A stretch of DNA of 64,000 nucleotides, the filler included, from Sphacelaria rigidula (taxonomy: Eukaryota): the NCBI GenBank assembly GCA_964200075.2. It is 6 parts of 6 records of this genome, joined end to end, with 100 filler letters (N's around TTAATTAATTAA, not from the genome) between each part and the next. Parts side by side here need not be neighbours in the genome. Positions count along the whole stretch, not along the records: positions 1 to 10,598 come from CAXNAA020006220.1; positions 10,699 to 21,294 come from CAXNAA020006221.1; 4 more parts are not named here. One strand, written 5' to 3'. Position numbers and translations under genes: made by a program. Positions 1-13,632 of the stretch are shown piece after piece. The first letter of the stretch is position 1; each line of letters begins with the position of its first letter. The notes below the pieces were generated by a model. That model made no database searches. It was not told the DNA's origin and was given only the letters and a program-made list of their open reading frames with translations.

Positions 1-35
<35 letters not shown>

Positions 36-795
36 GGGGGGGGGGGGGGGGGGGGGGGATTCTTGTGCGAGGAAATGTGTTGGAGGTTCGACGACAAGGT
101 GTGCCTGAGGTTGAGATCTACCCTGGTGTCGAGTCACAGGTCCAACCTCAGCTCGGATCAGCTCTGGCTCGACCGCAGCTGATGGTCGGCAAGTTTTGAA
201 TATCAAGGTACTTGTGCGTTATTTTGTTTGTTTCCGGAGTCTCAGAAGCAGCATCATGAGAGCTCTATCTTATGTAGGAAATAGCAGGGACGGTAGTGGA
301 AAAGCGAGCCTACGTCTGTGACCACCGGTTCAAGAGGTCGGATTGGTGTGGGGAAATACTCCTCCTCCTCCTGCTGCTGCTGCTACTACTATTATTAATA
401 AATAATGACAATAAATGAGCGAAAGGGACGCACGAGAGAACAAAGGTTATAGGGTAGATCATCGGCACGACAGCTCGTGAAACTTCCGAGTGTCGAAGCA
501 AGTCGTTCAACAGAAATCGTGTTGTATCCAGATCACGTTACTATTATAAAGCCGCTACAGCACATCGATACACGCTCACGAATTATTCCAGACTTGGATT
601 AGGAAAGGACGCAAGAAAGTGTGGAGGAGATGCACGCGGGCAAGCTCGTGAAATACCTAGGCCAGAATGAACATGGATACATATCTTACTCAAACAGGCG
701 CTCCATCAATTTACTGGACTTTCTGCTATCGGCCCTCTGATCCCTGTACAGCGATGCCCGCCAACGTACGTATCCAGCTCTCTTACCAAACTATG

Positions 796-1152
796 CAAGG
801 GTCAGACGAATAATGATTCGTTTGGATATTACTTGGTTTTAGTATATCTGGTTAGACTCGTACCAATCAATCCCTAGGCTTTGTTTTCAGCGGCACACGC
901 AGCCCAGACACGTGGAATGGCGCAGAAGCTGCGTAGATAAACGGGTGACCACTGGGGTGCCTGCAACCTCAACATTGAACGTTACAGACCTTGTGCAAGG
1001 TCTGTAACGTCCAATTTTGAGGTTGCAGGCACCCCAGTGGCCACCCGTGTACCCCTTGGACCAGCGATCAACGTTTTCCTCCCTTTTGGGCAATCAGGCC
1101 GAAGAAATCGTGGATTTGGTGATTCTGAGTTGTGGTGATTCGTCCTAACCGT
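796..1152 (+). mobile_element. Family A long-TIR element, single arm, carrying a nested palindromic MITE
   Basis: Starts caagggtcagacgaataatgattcg and aligns by eye with the arms at 53578-53857 and 54832-55103. Confidence 0.8.
940..1049. mobile_element. 110-bp near-perfect palindromic MITE with TA TSD
   Basis: acgggtgaccactggggtgcctgcaacctc...gaggttgcaggcaccccagtggccacccgtg, flanked by TA at 938-939 and 1050-1051. The empty site (gcgtggaTAtccgttggacc, minus strand) is visible in the family A arm near 54930. Confidence 0.9.
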
Positions 1153-2390
1153 GAAACTAATGCTGTATGGTTCATGTGGACGATTTCCCCACACCACAGT
1201 TCTACGTTTTGCACTTTGCTCCATTTCCTGGACAAACGCCTTTTCGTATGAGGTCTGCGTGCGTACTGTGTAGAAATACACGTAGTCTGTGTTTTATACC
1301 GAAAAATGTGAAGGAAACGCACAAAATAGCTTGCAAGGTGAAGTCACTATGATTGAAGCGCAGATCGAGTACAGAACAGCACACTGTAGTATATAGTACC
1401 TTGACGTTGTGGAAGTCGCGCGCCGAGCATACACCGCCTGCCCCAGAGCTCACAGACAGCATCGGAACGGACCGAAACGCCGCCAGCTCGTCCTGCGGTA
1501 GCACTGCCACCTTGCGCTCCTGTTTCACCAAGAATTGATTGAACAGTTGATTGCTTTGTCGCACATAAACAGTAACTGATGCTCTATTATACGAATCCAG
1601 CCGTTGTCACGATAGGATACGTGTATCCAAGGTGAACAAAATGGAGACACTCGCTCAAAGGACAACTAGCGAAGGTAGAAAGGTGAGAAACAAAGGAAAG
1701 AGCAGACAGATAGAGTAAGTAAACTGCAGAAGAGCAAGAGAAAAACACGTAAAAAAAGAGAGAATGGTCAGGGAGGAAAAGGAGAAGGAAAGAAGAAAAC
1801 ATAACAATTAACAACAAAAAAACACCAGGCTAAGATCTTGGACAGTACCGGTCCCGACAGGAAAAGCCACCCGCTGCGGCAGGCCCCTGTCGCATGGCTT
1901 CCGGTGAGAAAGGACGCAGCAAAAAACAAACGAAAACAAGACAGAACAAAATTGAAACTACGTACAAAATGTATATAAATAGATGGATAGATGTGTGCAT
2001 CGAAGCACGCCATGGAAATGTAGTCAACAAGAAGGTTCAACACCTGTCAGCACGTGCAGTGAGTTCAGCAACCGGAAGCTTAACTGCTCAGTATCGTTGT
2101 TCTGGTCGGTAGTTCGAGTCGTCTCACCGTTTGCTGGCACAGATATACCACTCCAGCCAGGGATATAATTCAATGTCTATACCTAGCTATAATAGCTGTA
2201 ATGCTGAATGCTGCCTCTAGTTACTCTGAGTCGTAAATGACCGATCCCGACAACGTATCGCACAGAGCTCATGCTTTTCTACTCCTCAAGGTCGACACAA
2301 AATGCGGGAGGAGAGGCGTGGAGCGCATTACAATGAACACGGTGGTGGCAAAGCGCAACATCCCTTTTCACCTCCATCATGTGAACAATG

Positions 2391-2478
2391 ACCACGGCTG
2401 GATCATGACTCCTGGGGGATCAGTCAAAGTGCGACGACCAATCAAAATCAAAGTGCAACGACCAATCAAAATCAGTCA
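2391..2478 (+). mobile_element. 3' end of a 5'-truncated non-LTR retroposon with AATC-type tail
   Basis: ccacggctggatcatgac...aaagtgcgac + caatcaaaatc; matches minus-strand copies at 24060-24137 and 31527-31625. Confidence 0.65.
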
Positions 2479-3574
2479 ACCTCAGACCTTCTCAACAATG
2501 GCGGATACGGTCGGGAGGAGAGCGGCGCAGGTAGACGGAGCTGGGGACGAGGGCGGACAGTTGAATGGGACGGGAGGGGAGCGGGGAGGGGGTACCCCAA
2601 TTCTGACCTCACAGTTGGGTGTGAACAAGGAGGCCACACTTGGAAAATAACTTGGCCGCTCGCGAGAAGCCACGCAACTCGCGCCTGTGTGATGTACGTT
2701 TGCGGCTTCGCCGCGCGATAGTTTTTCCTCACCTGGCTTTCCCTCAGCGAAGAGTTCGAATATCTCCGACTCTTCCTTCGCGTCTTGCCCGCTCCCGTCC
2801 TGGTGCCCTCCATCTCCAGCTCTGAACAAAAACTATCTGGCGGTACTTCCTGCCGTAGTATACGCGCACGACAGAGAGGTAAAAATATTTGTGGAAATAC
2901 GAACAAGTCTATATTTCATCGTGTAATTATACTTGTAAGACAAGATACCCGAATATATACTTGTGAGGAAACAAAAGTGCGTACTAAATCTACTCGTCAC
3001 TCCTCATGGGGAGGGGGATAGCCGTCACCCCGATCCGAACCCTCGGCAAAACCCAAGCTCACCAATTTCGGTCCGCAACCTGATTCCATCCCCTAACGCC
3101 TGTCCCTGACCCCAACGCCTGTCCTAAACCCCAGCGTCGACCCTCCACTGAAGGTGTTCCTCCGGAGTGTATATCACCCCCTTTTCTGACAAGCTTTCAC
3201 CTCAATTCCCGCGGTACTCCCCTCAAAAATAAAATATTGCATCGTCGACTTCTTCTGGAGAGTTTGCGTTTTCGGCAATGTGGTGGGGGGTTTGTTTCGT
3301 GAAAAGATATCGAGCTTGGAAGTAATCTTATATCACTCGGGGGGAGGGGGGGGCGCGAGGGAGGCTCTGCTATATTCCGTTACCTACGTTGTCACTCTGG
3401 CCCTGAGCTGAGCACTCACTTCAATACACACCTGAGAATAAGCACAAGCACTCCACAGCTTCGGCCGACCTCGGTGGAGTAACCCCAAGGGGGGTTCGTC
3501 GACCTGCCTTGCTGCTGCGGCATTCGGCTCCCTGCAGAAACATTGGGTGAGATCGGGCGGGGGGGGGGGGGTGT

Positions 3575-3660
3575 ACCCATATCTTGCATGTCGTAGTCAT
3601 GAGACCATTGACCTTGCATCCTTAGAAACCTGGGACGGAGCGTGCCGGGTTTCCGCCGGA
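3575..3660 (+). repeat. Dispersed repeat family E (about 85 bp)
   Basis: gacct(t/c)gcatcc(t/c)ta(g/c)aaa core; copies at 13785-13862 and 22175-22260. Confidence 0.7.
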
Positions 3661-4899
3661 CCAGGCTCGCCGGGGGGGGGGCTGGAGGGGGAGGGGGGGT
3701 GAAACGTGTCACATATTCATGAATACCCTACGTGGAGCTATACAGGTTATTTACCACCCCGTGGTGGTCAACTACAACCATATATTTAAACACTATTTTT
3801 CATCAAACACAAACAGTACACACATATGTCTCTCACCCCCTTCATCATTCACGCAAACATTCTACTCCGTGCGCAGAAACGTCCCAACGCTTGACCGCTG
3901 TGAACTAGATTGTTATGATACCTCCAACTCCAACACCACATCGTATACGCTGGAACGGGAAGCTTGTCCCTACGGTAGCGTTTCTCTCAAAAGAGTCTCC
4001 CGTCAAGATCCCTACGCGGAGTTTTTCCCCCCGTGAACAGACTTTTGGCCCTTTTGTTACGTTGTCCTTATTTTGCTTTCTTGCTTATTTTTTGGTGTAT
4101 GCTTTTCTCACCCATGAAGTCGGCCGTCCTCGATAGCGCCGAGCAGAGGCGGCAATGGTGAAATCAGGTTTTCCTATTTCCGGCTCATTGGCGAAAAAAC
4201 GATATGGTGTTTCGGGGTGGACAGGGGGGTGGAACTTCGCATGAGGGGGTAGTCTATGCGGTCGACTCGCGAGGATCACGCAGCCCCCCCCTCCCCCCCC
4301 CTCCCTCTGTTTCGGATGTTCGTGGTTTTGATTTATGATTGAAATATTGTCGTACTTCAACTGATCACGCAAAGATCCAGCCGCGCTCCGGTGAACGCGG
4401 CATATACTGTACCGCCGTATGCGTTTGTTTGGGGAAGCGCAGCGTTGGTACGGACACCCTCCCTTGCCTTCTCAATAACTATCATCCTCCGGCCACATTT
4501 TCTCATGGCGAAACTCACCTCTTAACGTCGTGTCGAGTCAGTTAGTTGAATTCTGTATATATAACATATATATATTGCTGTATGCTACGGAGTATAACGT
4601 TATGTCAGGAAAATTTAGCCCAACTTATTTTACGCTTGCTTCTTCATCGTCAGAACGATGCTTCTACTGCCCCCGATATACACTACGGTAGGAATTTCAC
4701 TTTCTGAGGATTTTCATCGTGTGTTGTAGCCAGAATATATATATATATATATAGTTCACCCGAAATGTTTTCCCTGATGTTGGGACGGCCACCAGACCCG
4801 TCCCACGATGGTGCGGTATGATTCCGAAGCATGCGATGCAGAATGTCTCTCGGCATTCCGGGCACCACAGCGCCGATTCTCTTTACAGCAGGTTTTGGG

Positions 4900-4995
4900 A
4901 GCAGTAGCAGTAGCAGTAGTAGTAGTAGCAGCAGCAGCAGCAGCAGCAGAAGAGAGACAGAGAGACAGAGAGACAGAGACAGAGACAGACAGAGA
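4900..4995. repeat. Compound microsatellite (AGC/AGT)n-(AGAGAC)n
   Basis: Directly visible. Confidence 0.95.
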
Positions 4996-5677
4996 GGGGG
5001 GGGGGTATGTATGTATATACACGAGGCGTTCTCCCCCGTTTCCTGGGCAGTAAAAATAAAGGAACCTGATGATACCCATTTGGCTCTCAATCCTCGGCAG
5101 CCAATCCACCTCACCCCACCCCAGTCGCCTACGTTCACCCTTGGAGAGTCCTGTGTTCCTGCAGCAGACGGGTTACACAACAACGGCAGCATATTTGCAC
5201 TGATAGCAGATGGCACTATTTCACCGTGCTGTGCATGTGTGTGTTGTGGATATCTGTTTCTGGACTTTGTTCCTTTCTCCCCCTAGATCGCTACATCGGT
5301 TACATCTGTCGTATTTCTTCATGGGACACCACGCGCAGACCACGCCACAGGCTAAAACACGCTCATCGGATCTACAGAAGCACCCTCTTGTATAGTTCAT
5401 CGTCATCATCATCATCACCTTTCCCGGCAATATCTGCACGCTAAGACTACCGGTGTCTCTCCCGTGTTGCTGGCCTGCGGCAGCGTGAGCTGTCGCGAAA
5501 AGTGGATTCCATGGAGGCGAGCGCCGTTTTCCCCGCGTACAAGCGGTTGAAGGAAAACAAAAACGGCATTAAAGAGAAGGGTGATGAGTGGTTTGGATGA
5601 GGGAACGGGGCGGGGGGGGGCGGAGGCGGACGACGGGGCGTCGTTGTGCATCAATGGAAGAACTCGATAAAACGCTT

Positions 5678-5787
5678 CACAGGTGGCCACTGGGGTGCCT
5701 GTACCCTCAAATTTGGACGTTACACACCTTGTGCAACGTCTGTAACGTCCAAATCTGAGGTTGCAGGCACCCCAGTGGCCACCCGTG
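5678..5787. mobile_element. Second copy of the 110-bp palindromic MITE
   Basis: Same length and sequence family as 940-1049; flanked by TT on both sides. Confidence 0.88.
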
Positions 5788-7225
5788 TTGGATCACCACG
5801 AGCGAAAGAGCTACGCCAGCGGAAGAACTCGATCTGGCACTTGGATAATCGTACATAGTCGGCAATATGCCTAATGCCGTTGTGTCCTGCTTTGTTGTTC
5901 CCCCCGTAGAGGAGAAGATTGCGAGATGATTTTGGCTGTTGCCGTTTCTTCCTCCTCCAGCAGGAAAGGCATGCAATCGTAACTGTTGCTCATATGACAC
6001 GGAGCCGTTTGAGCTATACTAGCTTTGCACATAGACAAAGTCCTCCACGTACACGTGTAAAAGTTTGCACGTGTACATAGTGTTCGTGGGGGGAGGATAG
6101 TAGGCACACACACACGAAACATACTGTAAGTTACCGTATCATCTCCGAACACCAACCGTTCAGCAGAGGTGTAACATTCGAACAGACAGACAAACAGCGC
6201 GTGTACCACGCACAGCAAACAGGAGACCGATCTTCGGCCCCTTTTCAAGGCCCGCCCGAGGACGGAACCGCTATGCCAATCACCCACTTTCTCTAAAAGT
6301 AAACATCATGCCGACTCAAAACAGATGGACACATACACACACACGGGCGCATGAACTCGGGACGTTCCAAGAATTAGTACAACCAGTGCGTACTGTGCGT
6401 GCACACTCACAGTCTGGCATACATGCACAAAATACTCAGACCTAGACTCACTGCCTGACGCCCCCCGCTCCCGGAATGCTGCACAGGTGAAGTGCTTTCA
6501 CCCACCCCAGTCCGCGACCTCGCAGATGAATCCAGACTGCTCCACGTCACGTCCGACCCCCCTCCCCCGCCACCGCCCACGTCACCATCGCTCACCCGCC
6601 GTGTACCCTTCGACGCGGCCTGGTCTCCGGAGCTGCGGTCCGTCCGCGAGCCAATAGACGCGCAACAGAGAAGAGACTCTGGCAGGGTGCTTTGGGCGGC
6701 TGTACGAGCAACGGTAGTGGTGGTCGGGATGACGGCGACGCTGGCGTAGCTGGCCTTGCTGGAGTTTGGGTTTGGAATGCTTGCCGTTGGTTTTGTTGAT
6801 GGGTGTTGGTCTGTGGGTCCCGACGGTGGAAGCACCTCGACGGCATGTTTTCGGAGTTCCTGCTGCCTGGGATTTTTGTGGCAGGGAAGGATGTGTACGC
6901 GGGGTAAAAAGGGCGGTCGCGCGGGGCGGGGCGGGGGTTTCTTGGTGTAAACGGCACATATATATGCACTTGGCAAAAGGAGAGTGTGAAGTGTGCCAAG
7001 CTGTTTCCGGGATGGACAAGTGGAAGAAAAAAACATGAGCGACTTGATTCTGAGAAAACAGTACAGGGGCAGAGGTGTGTGTTAGAATGAATACTTTTCT
7101 CAGCACAAGAATTGAGTAAGGATGTGGAAGCGCTAGCTGTTGATTTAGGTGCTCAGATATGAAGATCCTGTTTTTTTCTCTTGTCACAGGTACGCCATCT
7201 GTGTGCAGGCATTCTCGGCTTGTTT

Positions 7226-7478
7226 GACACCTTCTACGATAGCCCCCCCCCAAAACCAGCCCAGAAGTGTCACGAAAAAAATGGCCATACAGCGCCTCAT
7301 GTTCGGGTTCAGGCTCCATGAAGCGCCTCATATTGGCGGCATTGGCTAGAACGAACCCAAGCGTGGGAACTCCCAGCTGCTCGTTGTGCTCGGCTTTTCC
7401 CACTTCGATTTACGTAAAGATTTTGCCTCCGAAAACCATGCACTTTTTTGGGGGGGGGGGGCTATCGTAGAAAGTGTC
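7226..7478. mobile_element. Family B MITE, TIR GACACTTTCTACGATAG-(C)n, 4-bp TSD GTTT
   Basis: gttt|gacaccttctacgatagccccccccc...gggggctatcgtagaaagtgtc|gttt. Further ends at about 53521-53564 and 63905-64000. Confidence 0.88.
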
Positions 7479-8419
7479 GTTTTGAGAGCAGATCGCCCAC
7501 CCATTCGCTCCTCGTTTTTGCCTCCCTTGTCATGTTATGCGCTCTGTTTTGGGTGCACGGAAATAAGACACCTCGTCTCTTCCAACGAAATGTCTTTACA
7601 CACCCACGGCCGCGCGGCAGCTGTGTGCCCTGCAGCACCGGATCAAGAACACTCTTTCATAGCGTGTCCATTCCTCAGACTAGAGCCGTGTCGACCAGAT
7701 CGGAAGAAATGACACAATTGAGCTGCCTGAAGAATCACGTCGCTGGACGAGCGGATAGATCGATACTCCTGACGGGTTTGGGTGGTTGCTCTGCAGACGT
7801 CAGTAGTGCAATAGACGAACGAGGAGGAGTGTTGCGAGCCCCGTGCAGAAATAGAAAACCGTACGGTGCTGCGGGAAGGTTCGGGTAAGGAGGCAAAGAA
7901 ACGCTGCTGGTAGCGCTCCAGGAGCTGGTGCCGAGCTGGGTGCCGAGAGCGGGTGGCGGAAAACAGACGCGAACGTGTCTGAGATGAGTGCAACCCTGGG
8001 GTAACGAATAGAACGTTTGGTAACGATGCTGATGCCGATGCTGATGGTTTTGGCTTGGGGAACCGAGTAGTAGGTGGTGGCCCGGAGGTTTAACGGGAAT
8101 AGGCAGATCAAAATGGAAGGGGCTTCTCAGACTTGGGTGAAAGCAAGGATGCTTACTCCGACGATGCCTTTTCGTCGTTTGCAATGGTTGGACCCCAACA
8201 CGATGAAGTTTTCGGGCAAGACCGGTGACTGGAGTATTTGGAAGTAGAGGGCTTTGGCGTACCTCACCATGTTCAACCTGCAAGGAGCGCTGATCGTCAA
8301 GGTACACATCCATGTACATGGAATGATGCCGAAGGTTAAAACGTCAAAGACTGAGAGTCTCAGGTCCCCCGATCAATTCAATTAAAACTCGTGTTTTTAT
8401 TTTCGTTTTGCTGACACTA

Positions 8420-10598
8420 CGATGGGCGATATCATCTACGAAACACACGGGTTTGCATGCGAACAGGTTTCGCATCTATTGCCTTGGAGAATTCAGAGAG
8501 ACACTACTGGCTAAACGCTCTTGGAGGCTGGTGTTGTCTTGTACGAGAAGCTTGCAGCGGTAGAGTACAAGGCCGGGCGTGACCCAGTAGAGCTCTTTTT
8601 AACTGCGGAGATAATAGCTGCTGAGATGGAGGCAAAAGGGGGTGGTGTTTCAGAGGAAGCAGTGACCGTCAAACTCATGCCCCGTATGCTCCGCGAATAA
8701 AACATCGTCCTTGACCCTATTCACAACGGTGGGAGTATGATGTTTCCCGAGCAAAGGTCGGAAGAGNNNNNNNNNNGAGCAGGCGGTGAGAAGTACTTCC
8801 CTTTGAGGGGCACTGGAAAGGGTGGTGGCGGCCATGCGCCGTTGGTGGGGACAAGCTGCGGTGGTGGCCGTGGCAGCAGGCGCTGCGGCGTCGCGAAAAA
8901 AAACACGACGGCAACGAGAGCCAAGACAGCGAAGAAGCACCTGTGACTACAAAGTCATCCTCACCAGCACCCGTTATACCTGTCGGCAGGTCGTGCACAT
9001 GAGAAGCAATGGCCCAACGTCGAAACGCGCGAAATGCGGGGAAAAGGCATCCTGCGAGTCGTTGCAACAAGTCAGCAACGGCGGTGCCAGCGACAACCGA
9101 AGCGAGGGTCAACGCCATCACCGGGGCTTCCGTAAATATGAAAACCTAGTGGGATCTGCAATGCTAGGAGGAGAGGGAGGGTTTGCGGAAGCGTATGCTG
9201 AGGATGAATGAGGGGAGGTCTGGATAGTCGTTCGGGTGCATAAATGTTTACAAAATCATCCAAGGAGTGAATGCGTAACCATGTACGTACAGATTAAACT
9301 TGAACTTCACCTGCTGTATGTAGCCACATGCTTCCCATTGAGGGGTATAGGAAGCTCACACTATAGGCTTTCGTGGCCAGGAGCGTGATTTTAAGCAGTT
9401 GGTTGGCACACTTCGCGCGTATATGCCCGACCTTGACTACAACCGTTTCCCCTGTGGGGGTGGAGGCTGATCTGGGATACCGTTCCGTCATCGAAAGGTC
9501 AGGAGTACCTGCAATCTTGAGTGATGATCAAGATTCGTTTTCCCCACCCAACGAACATGCGAATGTATTTTAGTATGTGGTACCGGCCACACGCCGCCCA
9601 CTTCACTGTGTGATGGTCATGATAGGTTTTCCAACGCTGTGTTTCGCGCCCGGACCCGTGCCTTTCAATGAATCCGTGGATATTGATTCATTTCACCACT
9701 CCCACGGCCTCTTGTACGAGGCACTACCGCGGGAGATGGCTGGGAAACTTCGGTGTTGACCCGAAGGAAAACGCTTCAGACATGGCACGGGCCTTCGATG
9801 ACTACGGGGCTAAGAAAGGGCATACCATGGTATGCACCGATGCGTGCAGTCAAGAAGCTGCAGCGGATATTTTCTTGATTCGTGTAATCCAAACGCTGTG
9901 TAGAAATTTGACGGTACGAGGTACTACCCGTTGATTCGGTGCAATTTTTCTACGGAATTGTGGGTGTACTTTGCAGGGAATACATTAGACCACACGGAAC
10001 TTTTCGAGAAGCTCTCAACAAATGTAAGAGCACACGGGGTCCGTTGCATCGTACGGTTTATCCGTGGTGGCTCTGGCGGTGTAAGAGCTTTGAGTGGCCC
10101 ATGATGCCGGAGTCGAAGCACCAAGCAAGAACTCACTCAACATGAGGGTTCAGCGTATGGCGGGGTAGAGGAGCGAGGGGTAACTCAGTAGAGTCAGCGG
10201 CAATGGCAGCCAGGATACAGGCCGAAACGTTTTAGGGTACTACCGTGTCAGAGTCGTTGTAAATTGAGCTCATCAACCGGGCGGCTGGCGAGCTCAAAAG
10301 AAACGCAACCATTGCTCACCCTAACATGAAACATCCGAATACGATATTTTATGGGGGAAGTCTCGTCACCCAAGCTCCTAACGTTTCTCAAGCCAGGACA
10401 CTATGAGCACAATTATACCCTGAGATCCACGGCCACGGCACAAGAGTGGCACCATATTGGACCTCCGTACAATCACTCCCGAGATTCGATGGTAGTGTTG
10501 ACTGAAGGACCGACATGTAATGACAGTCCTCACCGTCATATAGTGCCGATCGACCGTACCCTTGCACCAAGGGAGGCTTCTCCTTTGCTAGGGGGGGG
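8420..10598 (+). mobile_element. Decayed Ty1/Copia LTR retrotransposon (gag, zinc knuckle, GAG-pre-integrase, integrase), cut by the contig end
   Basis: Gag-like peptide near 8520-8700; decayed CCHC knuckle RYTCRQVVHMRSNGP near 8972-9016; VDIDSFHHSHG near 9680; LKRNATIAHP...IFYG and LLTFLKPGH...GPPYNHSRDSMVVL at 10290-10500. Many stops and frameshifts; no LTR found. Confidence 0.72.
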
Positions 10599-10698
10599 NN
10601 NNNNNNNNNNNNNNNNNNNNNNNNNNNNNNNNNNNNNNNNNNTTAATTAATTAANNNNNNNNNNNNNNNNNNNNNNNNNNNNNNNNNNNNNNNNNNNN
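10599..10698. other. Artificial contig linker (44N-TTAATTAATTAA-44N)
   Basis: Identical 100-nt spacer with a six-frame stop cassette; repeated at 21295-21394, 31991-32090, 42684-42783 and 53377-53476. Confidence 0.97.
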
Positions 10699-11100
10699 TA
10701 GAGTATCACTTGGGTATGATGAGTAACCGTGACCGTCGGCGACTTCGTGACGTCACTTCACAGACTATGTTGAATATATTGGCGAACAATAGCCATCAAT
10801 ATAAAGAGTGACGTTACGCCATGTGCTACAATGAGCATGAGAAAACGGTGGACACAAAAAGACAAAAAAAGCGTGCAGGTGAATGAACCTACCTACCCTC
10901 CGCCAGCTCACCTGCCCCCATCAATGATAGTACATACTTCATACCTCGCAACCTCTTCGACATCAGTTTCAGTACAAAGCGCTACTCATCATCATTGGGT
11001 AATCAAGTAGACGGGTAGTCGGGTGAGTATTGTCAAAATAAGCGACTGTACGGGCCGCACATCTGACTCTTCTGTGGGAGACCCAGCGGTGGAAACAGTA

Positions 11101-11283
11101 CAAGGGCAGGTCGTGTAGAGTATGTAGTTTTGAATACTCGGGCAAAACACATGAGTATTCACTCTACCCAATTTTTGGGTAGATTGACCACGACCTCAAT
11201 TACTCTACTCAAATTTTGGGTACTTAAAGTGTGACTGTTCAGAAATACCGACTATTGAGTATACCCTACTAGACCTGCGCTTG
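11101..11283. mobile_element. Small MITE-like element with imperfect TIRs
   Basis: caagggcaggtc...gacctgcgcttg, with an internal repeated actctac(c/t)caa(a/t)ttttgggta motif; no TSD seen. Confidence 0.55.
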
Positions 11284-12018
11284 AAATCTTGGTGAATATG
11301 AAGAAATGAACATTGCATAAATGTGACTTTTTCCTTCCCCTCCCCTCCCCCGCGAAGCACATGCGTAGAAAAAAAATGAAACAGCCCATTAGCACTACTA
11401 CTACTACTACCACTACCACACTGCCACGTTCATTGTACGCAAGGAAGCGTTTTCAAGCCGATTCTACTTTTTAATTACGGTACTTGTTTGTGGGGGCATA
11501 CCATACTGTTTCCGAACTGGCTATGTGTGCGTGTATCAGTGTCGATGTGTGAGCGTGAGCTATGGTGACACCTATTGCTGAACCGGTGGACAGCGAGGCT
11601 TACCGGTTGCTGTCACACCTGCCCCACCGTTCGAGCTATTGCGGCTACTGGACCGTACTGTTCAACACTTGACTGTACTGACACGGCGATGTCGCTTGCC
11701 GCGGCTTGCGTACGAATATTCACGACGCTTGGCATATGCGGGGCAACGGCCGCTTCTGACTAGGTGATAATTTTCCAACCAAAACAACCATTGCCAACCC
11801 CATCCCCAGGGAAAAACAGAAGTTGAGCGGCCTACTGGCGCATGGGCTTCCAAGTATTAACCCGTGGACTGCGAATCTCGATTCGGAAATGTCTCGGACT
11901 CCAAGTGTGGAGAAGGGAGGGGGGTTCGGTCAGGGGGCTTCGGGTTCCTCGTTCAACCGAAATTATTGCCAGATCAAGCATACATATTTCTAGAAAAATC
12001 GTTTGTCGCGGGTCGTCA

Positions 12019-13632
<1,614 letters not shown>

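Larger units (their letters stand above)
2733..8277 (-). pseudogene. Multi-exon gene remnant, unknown protein, with a B-box-like zinc-finger exon
   Basis: AG/GT-bounded exon candidates. 8277-8157, 7978-7865 and 7742-7608 are phase-compatible, and the third has an in-frame TAG at 7682-7680. Others: 6866-6452 (low-complexity S/G/T), 4880-4760 (ESALWCPECRETFCIACFGIIPHH) and 2821-2733. That all belong to one gene is not proven. Confidence 0.4.

Noticed and set aside
1..58. Poly-G run as a G-quadruplex or regulatory element
   Set aside because: It lies at the window start, likely a contig edge; probably a homopolymer break or sequencing artefact.
2428..2472. Tandem CCAAT boxes as a promoter
   Set aside because: Better explained as a duplicated retroposon 3' end and tail.
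4683..5286. Poly-Leu/poly-Ser ORFs of 150-177 aa
   Set aside because: Open only because of the microsatellite.
6582..7403. 273-aa ORF
   Set aside because: Runs through a MITE and intron-like sequence; no recognisable domain.
10643..10654. TTAATTAATTAA as a biological motif or piggyBac target
   Set aside because: Centred in N-runs five times identically; it is an artificial stop linker.
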